A DNA stretch of 64,000 nt, taken from the NCBI GenBank assembly GCA_965371465.1, contig CBDUYM010000012.1:15821-79820 (forward strand), read 5' to 3'. The translations under genes and the position numbers were made by a program. The notes under the pieces are model-generated. The model was given only the letters and a program-made list of their open reading frames with translations, ran no database searches and was not told the DNA's origin. Below are positions 17,732 to 27,234 of this stretch, in pieces; positions within the stretch are counted from its first letter, which is position 1, and each line of letters begins with the position of its first letter. This stretch comes from an uncultured Alphaproteobacteria bacterium (GTDB taxonomy: Bacteria > Pseudomonadota > Alphaproteobacteria > CBDUYM01).

Positions 17732-17745
17732 TCTGGAGCTGACCC

Positions 17746-18012
17746 ATGAAACTGAATCCAACTGCCTTCGGGCTGGCGCTTGGCGCCGCGACGGCTGTTC
17801 TGTGGACGATCTGTAGTCTGATTGTGGTGCTGATACCCGGTTTTGCCATGAACATGACCGGCCATATGATGCATGCTGATCTTGGCTCGATGATGTGGAC
17901 CATGAACATCACAGGCTATCTCATCGGGCTGTTCATCTGGGGCGCGTCCGCCTGCATCACGGGCTGGATTACAGGTGTCTGCTATAACAAAATTGCAGCC
18001 TCTGAAGACTAG
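17746..18012 (+). CDS. Small two-TM membrane protein (possibly DUF5676-like partner of the permease)
   Basis: 88-aa hydrophobic ORF 15 nt downstream of the permease. Confidence 0.5.
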   Translation: MKLNPTAFGLALGAATAVLWTICSLIVVLIPGFAMNMTGHMMHADLGSMMWTMNITGYLIGLFIWGASACITGWITGVCYNKIAASED

Positions 18013-19379
18013 TCGGCGGCAAGCTCAGCCATGCGCTGACGCACACGTGCAGCGATTTTTCCGGCCTTGATGCTCTCTGGCGGGTCGAGGAACTGGCTGA
18101 CGCGCATGATCTGTATTCTCAGCTGCCGGTCGTCGCGGGCAAGCGACATGAGGGCGGCATTAAAGGCGATTTCCTCGTCGAAGTTTTCAGGTTTGTCGCC
18201 TGTCGCTTCGGGGAAAACGAAATCACCGATCGCAGCGCGTAGCCAGGGCTCGTGCACGAACTCGGCCTGGCGGTGACGGAAGATTTCTCCTGCCTGGCCG
18301 TGACCGAGGCCAGTGGCCTTCAGTTCCTGAAACACTCCACCCAAAATTTTCGCCTGATAGAGCCCCGATGTCATGCCCTGGCCATAGAGGGGATTGAGGC
18401 TGACAACGGAATCGCCAAGGGCCGCGAAACCAGTTGGGAAAGCCGCCATTTGTTCAAAGTGGTGCCACAGATTTGACGGGAAATTGAAGCTTGTCGGCGG
18501 GACGGTCACGGGCCGGTCCTTCAGCGTTTCAAAAACGTCAGCGGAGGCGAGCTCGACCATGTCCTGCATCAAGCCCTCAAGCCCTTGCCTTGGCACCTGG
18601 CCGAGCCGACCGGAAATTGACACCAGCCATTGATTGCCCTCGACCGCAATCAGGCTTGTGCCGATTTTGGTGCGCGGGAAATCACGGATGATATAGCCCC
18701 ATTCATCCCGGCCAGGGTCATCTTCCCGATCGAACAGAATGGTTGTGTATTTGATGCCGATATTGATTTCGGATTTCGGTGGCGCGCCATAACCGAGTGC
18801 CTCAAGCCAGCTGATACCGCGTGACCCGCGACCCGAAGCGTCGACAACAAAATCGCCTTCGATGATGTCCTCGCCGCTCCCGTCGCTAACGGAAATGCCG
18901 CCGATCGTGCCATTTTCGCTCGCATACAGCCCGGTGACGCGCTGTTCCCACATTGAGGCGACATTGGGGATTACATCGATATTTTTCCGGATTGTTTCTT
19001 CGATCAATGGCCGCGTCTGGGTCAGAACTTCAATGCCGCTCGGCTCTTTGCGGCTGTATCCCCCTGGGCCATAGATGCGAAAACCGATACCATTGTCGAA
19101 GCTCACGCTGCCCGCGGCCACCATCTGATCCCGGAAGCTGCCAAGCGGGGAGGAGGCCGGGAAAAACTCCTCCAGAATGGCTTGTGCCCCGGCTTGCAGG
19201 ACATGGATGTGCTTTCCTGCCGGTACGCCGGGCCTTGTGACATAGCCCACCGGGCGCTTGTCTTTCTCAAAGATCAGTACCTCTTCAAAATGATCCGACA
19301 GCACGCGTGCCGCCGACAATCCTGCGTGCGACGCGCCAATGACAATCGCCCGGCTGGCGATATAGTTTTCTTCACCCAT
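18009..19379 (-). CDS. FAD-dependent oxidoreductase
   Basis: N-terminal dinucleotide-binding pattern AIVIGASHAGLSAARVL...LIFEK; 456 aa. Confidence 0.7.
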   Translation of the reverse strand: MGEENYIASRAIVIGASHAGLSAARVLSDHFEEVLIFEKDKRPVGYVTRPGVPAGKHIHVLQAGAQAILEEFFPASSPLGSFRDQMVAAGSVSFDNGIGFRIYGPGGYSRKEPSGIEVLTQTRPLIEETIRKNIDVIPNVASMWEQRVTGLYASENGTIGGISVSDGSGEDIIEGDFVVDASGRGSRGISWLEALGYGAPPKSEINIGIKYTTILFDREDDPGRDEWGYIIRDFPRTKIGTSLIAVEGNQWLVSISGRLGQVPRQGLEGLMQDMVELASADVFETLKDRPVTVPPTSFNFPSNLWHHFEQMAAFPTGFAALGDSVVSLNPLYGQGMTSGLYQAKILGGVFQELKATGLGHGQAGEIFRHRQAEFVHEPWLRAAIGDFVFPEATGDKPENFDEEIAFNAALMSLARDDRQLRIQIMRVSQFLDPPESIKAGKIAARVRQRMAELAAD

Positions 19380-19451
19380 GGCACGACAGCCTATAGGATT
19401 GACCGAAAGAAAGTCATATGGGTTTTATCGAAATTAGCAGGGGAGAGAGAC

Positions 19452-20000
19452 ATGAGACTGAGTAAACCAAGGCTGGAGCCGCTACCCGATGAGGACTGGG
19501 ACGCGGAACTCCTGGAACGCTACAAGCGGGATGACAGCCCTCTTGGCATCCTCAATATTTTCAGGACGCTTGCGCATCATCCCGCGCTTTTCAAGCGATG
19601 GACGGTATTCGGTAATCATGTGCTGTTCAAATCCACATTGGGAGCGCGCGAGCGGGAGCTTGCAATCCTGCGCATAGGCTGGCTCTGTCAGGCCGAATAT
19701 GAGTGGGGCCAGCACGTTATCATCGGGCTCCGCGATGGCCTGACGAAAGAGGAAATCGAGCGCGTCAAGGCAGGCCCGGAGGCAGAGGGCTGGTCAGAAC
19801 TGGATCACGCCATCCTGACTGCGACCGATGAGCTCCATGAGGACGCCTTCATCTCAGATGAGACCTGGGCGGTTCTATGCAAACATTATTCGTCGCAACA
19901 GATCATGGATCTCGTTTTCGCCGTCGGTCAGTACAATTTGGTGTCCATGGCGCTCAATACGCTCGGCGTTCAGCTCGACGAGGGAATTGCAGGGTTTTAG
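19452..20000 (+). CDS. Carboxymuconolactone decarboxylase family protein
   Basis: Start refined to MRLSKPRLEP (ATG 19452, after GGGAGAGAGA); CMD-like helical protein with ILRIGWLCQAEYEWGQH. Confidence 0.7.
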   Translation: MRLSKPRLEPLPDEDWDAELLERYKRDDSPLGILNIFRTLAHHPALFKRWTVFGNHVLFKSTLGARERELAILRIGWLCQAEYEWGQHVIIGLRDGLTKEEIERVKAGPEAEGWSELDHAILTATDELHEDAFISDETWAVLCKHYSSQQIMDLVFAVGQYNLVSMALNTLGVQLDEGIAGF

Positions 20001-20013
20001 TGGGGGCATCCCC

Positions 20014-20073
20014 CCTTCGACACGCTCAGGACGCTCGAATATACTCCCCCGTGCGTCCTGAGCTTGTCGAAGG
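20014..20073. repeat. Palindromic intergenic repeat element, copy 1 (hairpin: ccttcgacacgctcaggacgc / gcgtcctgagcttgtcgaagg)
   Basis: 21-bp arms, 18-nt loop, read directly; right arm translates to VRPELVEG in spurious ORFs. Confidence 0.8.
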
Positions 20074-20100
20074 AGGGCAACCCATTTCCCGGAGGCCAAC

Positions 20101-20382
20101 TTGTTTTATGTATACATTTTGAAGTGCGTGGATGGGTCTTATTATACGGGCCATACAGACAATCTGGAAAGCCGGATTGTTCAGCATGCTTCAGGTAAAG
20201 GCAACGGCTATACATCCACAAGGCTGCCCCTGGAACTCGTATTCACTGCGGACTTTGAGACGCGCGCTGATGCGCTTGAGCGTGAACGGCAAATCAAGGG
20301 ATGGAGTAGGCGTAAAAAAGAGGCATTGATAGCTGGAAATCTGGATCTGCTTCCAGCACTGGCAGACACATCAAAGACTTGA
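20101..20382 (+). CDS. GIY-YIG nuclease family protein (small, stand-alone)
   Basis: Canonical motif YVYILKCVDGSYYTGHTDNLESRIVQH...GKG...TS; 93 aa. Confidence 0.85.
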   Translation: MFYVYILKCVDGSYYTGHTDNLESRIVQHASGKGNGYTSTRLPLELVFTADFETRADALERERQIKGWSRRKKEALIAGNLDLLPALADTSKT

Positions 20383-20394
20383 GTCTGTGGCCAT

Positions 20395-20477
20395 CCTTCG
20401 ACAAGCTCAGGACGAACGGGGAGGGGTATGCTTTGGTTTGATGCAGTCCTCCGTTCGTGCCTAGAGCTTGTCGAAGG
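20395..20477. repeat. Palindromic intergenic repeat element, copy 2 (hairpin: ccttcgacaagctcaggacgaacgg / ccgttcgtgcctagagcttgtcgaagg)
   Basis: 25/27-bp arms, 31-nt loop; shares flanks (catcc before the left arm, a[ag]gcaaccc after the right arm) with copy 1. Confidence 0.8.
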
Positions 20478-20504
20478 AAAGCAACCCGAAAGGAGCGCGC
20501 AATC

Positions 20505-21314
20505 ATGCGTGTTGAAGGAAAAGTGGCCATTGTGGTTGGCGCAGGCCAGACAGTGGGTGAAACCATTGGCAACGGACGTGCCGCAGCTATCCTGTTCGCA
20601 CGGGAAGGGGCGGAGGTTTTTCTCGTGGATCGGGACGAAACGTCCCTTCAGGAAACCGCTGAGATGATCGCGGGCGAGGGCGGCGTTTGCGATATCCATG
20701 TTGCAGATATCACCTCTGAGGCGGCTTGCGAGGCCATGACCCAGGCCTGTGTTGATAAATTCGGGAAGCTTGATATCGCGCTCAATAATGTCGGCATCGG
20801 GCGCGGCGACCGCGGGGCAACCAGCCTGACGGAGGACGCCTGGGACAACATCATGGATGTCAACCTCAAGGCCATGTGGTTCTGCTGCAAACACGAGCTG
20901 CCCCATATGCGCCGGAACGGATCGGGCAGCATTGTGAACATCTCATCAGTGGCCTCCATCGCATCAACCGGCATGCTGGCCTACAAGACGTCAAAGGCCG
21001 GGGTCAATGCGCTCAGCCAGCAGATCGCCATGGGTAACGCGCGGCACCGTATCCGCTGTAACGCCGTTTTGCCTGGCCTGATGGACACGCCCATGGCGAT
21101 TGAAGGAAATGTCCAGTCACGGGGCATGGAGCGAAGCGCTGTGCGCGACATGCGAAACGCCATGGTGCCGCTTCACGGTGAGAGCGGCGAAAGCCAGATG
21201 GGTACCGGCTGGGACACGGCAAACGCGGTCCTCTTTCTCTCGTCTGACGAAGCGAAGTTCATTACCGGCGTGCTCCTGCCGGTCGATGGCGGCCAAAGCG
21301 TGAAGGTGGGGTAG
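20505..21314 (+). CDS. SDR family NAD(P)-dependent oxidoreductase
   Basis: GKVAIVVGAGQTVG Rossmann motif and YKTSKAG catalytic motif; start refined to MRVEGK (SD AGGAG 9 nt upstream). Confidence 0.85.
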   Translation: MRVEGKVAIVVGAGQTVGETIGNGRAAAILFAREGAEVFLVDRDETSLQETAEMIAGEGGVCDIHVADITSEAACEAMTQACVDKFGKLDIALNNVGIGRGDRGATSLTEDAWDNIMDVNLKAMWFCCKHELPHMRRNGSGSIVNISSVASIASTGMLAYKTSKAGVNALSQQIAMGNARHRIRCNAVLPGLMDTPMAIEGNVQSRGMERSAVRDMRNAMVPLHGESGESQMGTGWDTANAVLFLSSDEAKFITGVLLPVDGGQSVKVG

Positions 21315-21316
21315 GC

Positions 21317-22045
21317 TTACCAGTTCTCTTTGTGAGGTCTCAGATCCAGTTCGTGCGTCCAGGCGTTTCGCGGCTGGCGGTACATGAACATGTAACTCTC
21401 AGCGATGCCCTGAAGGCCAACGAGGCCGTCTTCACCGAGGCCGGCAACCCAGTCGGGGGCACGCTCTTTCACCAGAGCGCCGCCAATTGCACCGTCGACG
21501 ATTGTATGGCCGACATGGATGCCTTGCGGGCCAAACTCGCGGGCGAGGGACTGGGCAAGCATCCTGAGGCCGGCTTTGGCGGCGGCGAAGGCTGCGAAGT
21601 TGCGGCGGCCACGCAGGCTTGCTGAGGCGCCTGTAAACAAAAGAGTGCCGGTTTCCCTCGGGACCATTTTCCGCAGTGCTTCGCGACCGAACAGAAAGCC
21701 GCCGAGGCAGCCGACACGCCAGGCTTCCTCAAAATAGTCAGCTTCCATCTCAAGGATTCTGCCAGGCATATTGTTGCCGGTGTTGTAGATCGCGAGATCA
21801 ATCGGGCCTTCGGCTTCTGCTGCCTCTATCAGCGCGGTGACGGCTACCTCATTTGTACCCTCCGTAACCAGGGCTGTGGCGCTGCCACCGGCTGAGCCTA
21901 TGGTGTCGGCAACTTTGTCGATTTTCGCTTGTGTGCGGCCAGCGATGAACACATGAAGGCCTTCTCTGGCGGAGGCCTGGGCCAGGTATGAGCCAAGCCC
22001 CTCCACCGCGCCAACGCCAATGACGACTGCTGTTTTTTCTGCCAT
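21317..22045 (-). CDS. SDR family oxidoreductase
   Basis: Start refined to MAEKTAVVIGVGAVEGLG (22045); SDR-like fold with AAFAAAKAGLRML. Confidence 0.75.
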   Translation of the reverse strand: MAEKTAVVIGVGAVEGLGSYLAQASAREGLHVFIAGRTQAKIDKVADTIGSAGGSATALVTEGTNEVAVTALIEAAEAEGPIDLAIYNTGNNMPGRILEMEADYFEEAWRVGCLGGFLFGREALRKMVPRETGTLLFTGASASLRGRRNFAAFAAAKAGLRMLAQSLAREFGPQGIHVGHTIVDGAIGGALVKERAPDWVAGLGEDGLVGLQGIAESYMFMYRQPRNAWTHELDLRPHKENW

Positions 22046-22151
22046 TTCAACCACTCCTCTGTTTCGGCCAGAGCATGCCACCGGCGGGCCACGATGGGCA
22101 AGAGTGCGGTCACCTTGTGCCGATGCGGTCGCTCCGATAACCTCCGCGGCC

Positions 22152-23414
22152 ATGGGCGAGAATGAGACTTCAGCAAAGCGTGGCATCCATTATGGCTGGG
22201 TGATTGTGGGCTCCACCTTTGTCATGTTGATGGCAACATCCGGGCTCTCGTTTTACAATCTCGCTGTTTTTCTGCGGGCCTTCACGACTGAGTTCGGCTT
22301 CTCTGTGGCGGCAGTTTCGGGAGCTTCTGCGCTCTATTTCGTTGCATCCGGAATAGCCGGACTTTGGGTTGGCAGCTTGCTCACGAGATTCGACGCACGA
22401 CCGATCATTCTGGTTGGTGTTCTGGTCGTTACGCTGTCCCTGCTGGCAATCCCCTGGATCAGCGAGATCTGGCATGTCTACGCCTTCTATATTGTTATGG
22501 GCCTCGGCAACGCGGCCTGCGCAATGGTGCCGGCCACAACATTGATCACGCGATGGTTTGTCGAAAAGCGAACTATCGCCATGTCGCTGTCGACCACGGG
22601 TCTGTCGGTCGGCGGAATAGTGCTCACGCCAATTTCAGTCTGGCTGATAGACAGCATGGGATTTGCAGCTGCGTCCCGCTGGATTGCCGGTCTCTTTTTT
22701 GCGCTGATAGTTATTGCTGCCCTGTTCGCGCGATCGACACCTGATGAAATGGGGCTGACACCGGATGGCGGTGTGGCCCAACCTGACGAGACGCCGATTG
22801 CTCACACGGGTATGGATTTTCCCGTTGCGGTGCGTAGCCGGTTCTTTCACCTGTTCTCCATGGCCAATCTGTTCGTCATGATGGCGGAAGTTGGCACCAT
22901 CAATCATCAGTTCAGCCTTGTGGACGGGCGTGTGGGGGCAGGGGTGGCCGCGCTGTCGATTTCAATTCTGGCCAGCGGGGCAGCAATCGGGCGGCTGGTT
23001 GGTGGCTGGATTCTGACCCGGGTGCCGATCAAAAAGTTTGCTATGTGTGTTTACGGTATCCAGGCATTTTCCCTTGTTGTGCTGGCATATGGTGAGAGCA
23101 GTGTCACGTTGCTCCTGGGTGCCGGGCTCTTCGGGTTGATCCTTGGCAATGCATTGATGATGCCGCCACTGATGACTGCGGAAGCATTTGGCGTGAAAGA
23201 TTATTCGCGGATCTTCAGCGTTGGCAGCATTTACGGGACGGCAGGATCGGCGGCTGGCCCGATTGTATTTGGCGTTCTGTTTGAAATGACCGGCGGGTAC
23301 GTTTTTCCGTTTCTGGCCGGTGCTGCCGTGACCGGTCTGGCCATGCTAATTCTCTGGGCGGCGGGCCCGGTTGACCAGCAAGGAATGCTGGCCCAAAAAG
23401 ATGCAGACCTCTAA
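22152..23414 (+). CDS. MFS transporter
   Basis: About 12 predicted TM helices; start refined to MGENETSAKRG. Confidence 0.8.
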   Translation: MGENETSAKRGIHYGWVIVGSTFVMLMATSGLSFYNLAVFLRAFTTEFGFSVAAVSGASALYFVASGIAGLWVGSLLTRFDARPIILVGVLVVTLSLLAIPWISEIWHVYAFYIVMGLGNAACAMVPATTLITRWFVEKRTIAMSLSTTGLSVGGIVLTPISVWLIDSMGFAAASRWIAGLFFALIVIAALFARSTPDEMGLTPDGGVAQPDETPIAHTGMDFPVAVRSRFFHLFSMANLFVMMAEVGTINHQFSLVDGRVGAGVAALSISILASGAAIGRLVGGWILTRVPIKKFAMCVYGIQAFSLVVLAYGESSVTLLLGAGLFGLILGNALMMPPLMTAEAFGVKDYSRIFSVGSIYGTAGSAAGPIVFGVLFEMTGGYVFPFLAGAAVTGLAMLILWAAGPVDQQGMLAQKDADL

Positions 23415-23821
23415 TCCATCAATTCGCTGTCTGTGTATTCAGTATATTTTAGCAGCCCGTCTTCAATGTCGTGCCAGGGCAGCTTTGAAGCTGCATAGAC
23501 ATGGAATTCCGGCCTGATGCCCGGATCCTGATCCAGTGATCCGGCTGGAACGCCAACGGTGTCGCCGGGAAAGTAAAGCGGTACATTGCCGCCGCAGCAA
23601 GAGCAGAAAGCACGCAAGTTGCCAGGTGAAGATTCGTATCGCGCGATGAGATCCTTGCCCGCAGCCCACGAAAAATCACTTCGCTTGCACACCGCGAAAG
23701 TGACGAAAGCGGCGCCGTGAGATTTTCGGCACATTGAGCAATGGCAATGTGCCATCTGGATGAAATCACCATTGATTTCGTAAACAACGCCGCCGCACAG
23801 GCAGCTGCCGCTATAAGGCAT
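23411..23821 (-). CDS. GFA family protein (second paralog)
   Basis: CLCGGVVYE...CHCSMCRK...CSCCG Cys motifs. Confidence 0.8.
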   Translation of the reverse strand: MPYSGSCLCGGVVYEINGDFIQMAHCHCSMCRKSHGAAFVTFAVCKRSDFSWAAGKDLIARYESSPGNLRAFCSCCGGNVPLYFPGDTVGVPAGSLDQDPGIRPEFHVYAASKLPWHDIEDGLLKYTEYTDSELMD

Positions 23822-23964
23822 GATTGATCCTTTAGTCGACCGGTCAAAAGGGCAGTTCCGGAGGCATCATAAGAGGCTTGAATGTCAGGACAAGCAGCTT
23901 GCCGGAAACAGATCATCCGTGATCCAATGGCACGCTCCTGTTGTATACGAGAGGGAGATTTCTC

Positions 23965-24402
23965 ATGCCTTTAGGCAGAATTGAGCCCATGCGCTTTTTG
24001 ATGATTGCGCCCCTCCTGCTCTTCCTGACCAGCTATCCGGTACTTGCTCAGTCGGCCTATGATTCGATCTCAAGCTGGATGCTGGAAGGCGAAGAATGGA
24101 TCGATGTCGAAGCTACTTCGCGGGGCCAGCTTGGCGGCGGCGGCAATCAAACTTTTACGGCCTATCTGAGTGGTTCGGATTATTACGCCATGGGGGCTAT
24201 GTGTGATTCTGATTGCAGCGGCGTCTCGCTCGCGGTTGAAGGTTCGCGGTTCTATTTCGCAATTTCAGGCGAACAGGAGGCCTATGTCTCGATCTGGATC
24301 GAGAACGCCGGGTCATACGAGTTCACTGTATCCATTGACGAATGTTCGACGTCATTCTGCTATTGGGGAGTCCTTGGCGGCATAGACTGGTTGATGTGGT
24401 GA
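23965..24402 (+). CDS. Secreted hypothetical protein
   Basis: ATG 23965 preceded by GAGGGAG; MPLGRIEPMRFLMIAPLLLFLTSYPVLAQS signal peptide; several Cys in the mature part. Confidence 0.45.
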   Translation: MPLGRIEPMRFLMIAPLLLFLTSYPVLAQSAYDSISSWMLEGEEWIDVEATSRGQLGGGGNQTFTAYLSGSDYYAMGAMCDSDCSGVSLAVEGSRFYFAISGEQEAYVSIWIENAGSYEFTVSIDECSTSFCYWGVLGGIDWLMW

Positions 24403-24404
24403 GA

Positions 24405-25199
24405 TCAGCCGGACGGGGCGTCAGTCTTGTGCGAGCCTGAGCTCTGTCTGTCAGGGTCATGCCGCCAAACCCACCAGGAATAGATGATGATGCCGATAAC
24501 GCCTGTCACAAGGCCAGCTGTAAAGAGCTCAGCGGTCAGCTGTCGCCCCGGCAAAAGTGTGACGGCAATCAACACGATGCCGGCCATGAAGAAGAACCGG
24601 GCACCCGCGCGGTGGGTTTTGTGCCAGCTCAACTCGCTCGAAAGGGTCCAGGGCGTTCTTATGCCGAAAAACCAGTTGGACTGGACCTTGCCGAAATAGT
24701 TGCCGATGACCATGAACAGCACGGCGGATGAAAGGAGGACCAGCTCGGCACTGCCAATTGGCACACCATAGAGGCTTGCAACAAGGGCGGCATGCACGGA
24801 AACGAGCACCAGCATCAATCCGCTGGCCATGCCGACGAAAGCCTTCATGGAGCGGAGCAGGTGCTGCCGCCTTGGTTCGATGAAGGGCAGTATGGTCAAC
24901 AACAAAAACGTGCCGAGCATGATCGCAGGGACCAGCATCAATGCTGTCAGCTTGTCGATCTGCCTGAATTCTTCGCTGTAACTTATGCTACCGGGAAGAT
25001 TGATGCCGGGAAGATTGATCCCGACAATGCCAGTGGCGCCGTCAGTTGCCTGCAACCGGGCAACGGCATCCATCGGCAGATCATACCAGGCCCACAGTGA
25101 AACGCCGCACATCACAGCCAAAATAAGGCCCGCGACTTTCAGAAAGGTCCACCAGGGACGGAGCAATTCGCGACTTTCATCTTGGCGGAGGTCAGACAT
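24405..25199 (-). CDS. SdpI/YhfL-like membrane protein
   Basis: Multi-TM protein immediately downstream of an ArsR-type regulator; start refined to MSDLRQDE (25199). Confidence 0.6.
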   Translation of the reverse strand: MSDLRQDESRELLRPWWTFLKVAGLILAVMCGVSLWAWYDLPMDAVARLQATDGATGIVGINLPGINLPGSISYSEEFRQIDKLTALMLVPAIMLGTFLLLTILPFIEPRRQHLLRSMKAFVGMASGLMLVLVSVHAALVASLYGVPIGSAELVLLSSAVLFMVIGNYFGKVQSNWFFGIRTPWTLSSELSWHKTHRAGARFFFMAGIVLIAVTLLPGRQLTAELFTAGLVTGVIGIIIYSWWVWRHDPDRQSSGSHKTDAPSG

Positions 25200-25494
25200 T
25201 CTCATCTCCTTTTGAGTTGGCGGCCTTATCGGAAGGCTCAATCCCGAAGGCACCCATGAGAGCCATCAGTGCTTCTTCAAGAATTGATACATTGAGCCTG
25301 TAGGTAATCACCGTTCCCGACTTTTCGCCGTAAATCAGATCGGCCTCTCGAAGCACGGCGAAGTGTTTCGAAAGGGTCGGCTTGGCGAGATCGAAGTGCC
25401 CGGACAATTCCCCGGCGTTCATGGCGCGTTCCCGCAAAAGCTCAAGGATTCTGCGACGTGTGGGGTCGGCGAGCGCTTTGTACACCAGGTGCAT
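25192..25494 (-). CDS. ArsR/SmtB-family transcriptional regulator (SdpR-like)
   Basis: LADPTRRRILELL...NAGELSGHFDLAKPTLSKHFAVLREADLI winged-helix motif. Confidence 0.85.
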   Translation of the reverse strand: MHLVYKALADPTRRRILELLRERAMNAGELSGHFDLAKPTLSKHFAVLREADLIYGEKSGTVITYRLNVSILEEALMALMGAFGIEPSDKAANSKGDENV

Positions 25495-25634
25495 TGCGGG
25501 GTCCCGCTCCTTATTTCGTTAATTAGCAAAATAGCGAATTTAGGCTCGTTGTCAACAATCAACTTGCCAGTGACAACATGGTGTGGCGAAGTCCTGGGAC
25601 TGCCTGATTTGCGTTGATCGAACGGGGTAACGCC

Positions 25635-27140
25635 ATGCCTGACCCTTTTTATGAACGACTGTTCTTTGGCGTTGCCGCCATGATCGTGATTGTGCTGGCG
25701 GGGCCCGTGCTGGCAGTAGAAGAGCCGGCGGCACCCCGTTCTGAGGCCACAAGTGTCGATATGAGCATCGCCGCCGCCCGCGCCGCGATCGAGGCCGGTG
25801 ATGGTCAGCTCGCCTTCGAAAAGCTTGATAGGTTGTTGAGTGTGGATACGGTTGCCATTCAGTCTGCAACGGTTTCGGTCCTCTATGGTCACGGCTATGT
25901 GCTGATCGGAGAGCCGGAATTTGCGATCGACTTTTATACCGATGCAATTGATGGGGCAGTTGCTGATCAGATTGCCAGATCCGATGAGTTCGATGAGATT
26001 CTGGATGGCATTGCGCGATTTTTGATGCGACAGGGCAACATTCCTCTGTTGGCTGAGGTTGCCGCCATCACATATGAGAACGGCCTTTCTTTCGACAATG
26101 TGATGATCGATCCAGACAACTTCGATCTGATTCTGAGCGATCCATTTGCAATCGTGCCGAACGAAGTGGCTGACTTTTCGCGCCGCCAGGTACGCTTCTA
26201 TCAGTCCGGTTGGCTTGATTTGTCTTTCAGATATTCCCTTGCCGGCTCGAACACTTCACTGATTGATCTCTATTTTTCCAAATATGGGGCAGATTACGAA
26301 GCTGAACATTTCGAAAGTGCGAAGGGCGATATCTACGGAATCTACAACAGCGTTGAACTGCTGTCCGAGGAAATGGATTTCCGAACAGGGGATGCAGAAG
26401 TTCCGGCGGGCAATTATGCCAGCTTCAGATTTGAAAGGTCCGATGTTCTTCATGCGTCAGAGCTGTTGTTGATCGTTGTTGATGACTGGCATCTGAAATT
26501 GCGCGCAAGTTATCCCTGGGACGGCCGCGACAAAGGCCGTGTCCAGGTGGCCGACTTTATCGAACAGTTTCCCTGGCCGATACCCGCTGTCATCCCGCTA
26601 CCGATTGCCGAGGCCGACGGTGCGGGTTGCCCGGCCTGGGTCGACAGGGATGGACCGTCCCGAGCAGTCCCTTCAGCGGCGGCAGCTTTGGGCATGGGGC
26701 TGACCTACATCACCTATGCGCGCGGGGACGCGCCCATTCCGGTCATCAAGCCAGATGAATTTTGTGTCGCTCAAAAGTTCAAATCCTATGGCCAGACTGT
26801 CGTCGCCTACTCACGTTTCAAGAACGGGGCGATTGCAGAAGAAGGTGAAGTAGAGCCGAGCGACGTTGTCCTGCATCGATTTTCTGTCAATGCCGGTCAG
26901 GAATATATGGAGGTCTCAACCTCCCTGCTTCTCGATGAACTGATCGCCAATGAGCCGGATCAGGTGATTTCGGATCAGGCGGTCCAGATCACTTATTTTG
27001 GCCAATACGCAACCTACCTCATGGGCCTGTTTGATGGCGTGCCTGCGCAACAAACTCTGGCCCGCATGGTCAGCGAAATGATTGCCGGCCAATTCGATCC
27101 AATGGTCAGCGTCAACATCGCCGAGGCCACCGCGCCCTGA
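25635..27140 (+). CDS. Hypothetical protein with N-terminal hydrophobic segment, no recognisable domain
   Basis: 501-aa ORF; start refined to ATG 25635 (MPDPFYERLFFGVAAMIVIVLAGPVLA). Confidence 0.5.
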   Translation: MPDPFYERLFFGVAAMIVIVLAGPVLAVEEPAAPRSEATSVDMSIAAARAAIEAGDGQLAFEKLDRLLSVDTVAIQSATVSVLYGHGYVLIGEPEFAIDFYTDAIDGAVADQIARSDEFDEILDGIARFLMRQGNIPLLAEVAAITYENGLSFDNVMIDPDNFDLILSDPFAIVPNEVADFSRRQVRFYQSGWLDLSFRYSLAGSNTSLIDLYFSKYGADYEAEHFESAKGDIYGIYNSVELLSEEMDFRTGDAEVPAGNYASFRFERSDVLHASELLLIVVDDWHLKLRASYPWDGRDKGRVQVADFIEQFPWPIPAVIPLPIAEADGAGCPAWVDRDGPSRAVPSAAAALGMGLTYITYARGDAPIPVIKPDEFCVAQKFKSYGQTVVAYSRFKNGAIAEEGEVEPSDVVLHRFSVNAGQEYMEVSTSLLLDELIANEPDQVISDQAVQITYFGQYATYLMGLFDGVPAQQTLARMVSEMIAGQFDPMVSVNIAEATAP

Positions 27141-27234
27141 TGCCCGGCATAGCCCAATGGCATTGCGCCCGTAACTCTCAGCCCCTATGCTGCCCGCCGA
27201 ATTCAAAGCAAAAAGACACCTCAGGGGGAATACG

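Noticed and set aside
20208-20906. 232-aa minus-strand ORF and other small ORFs containing VRPELVEG or FDKLR peptides
   Set aside because: These are translations of the palindromic repeat element and of the antisense strand of the SDR gene, not genes.
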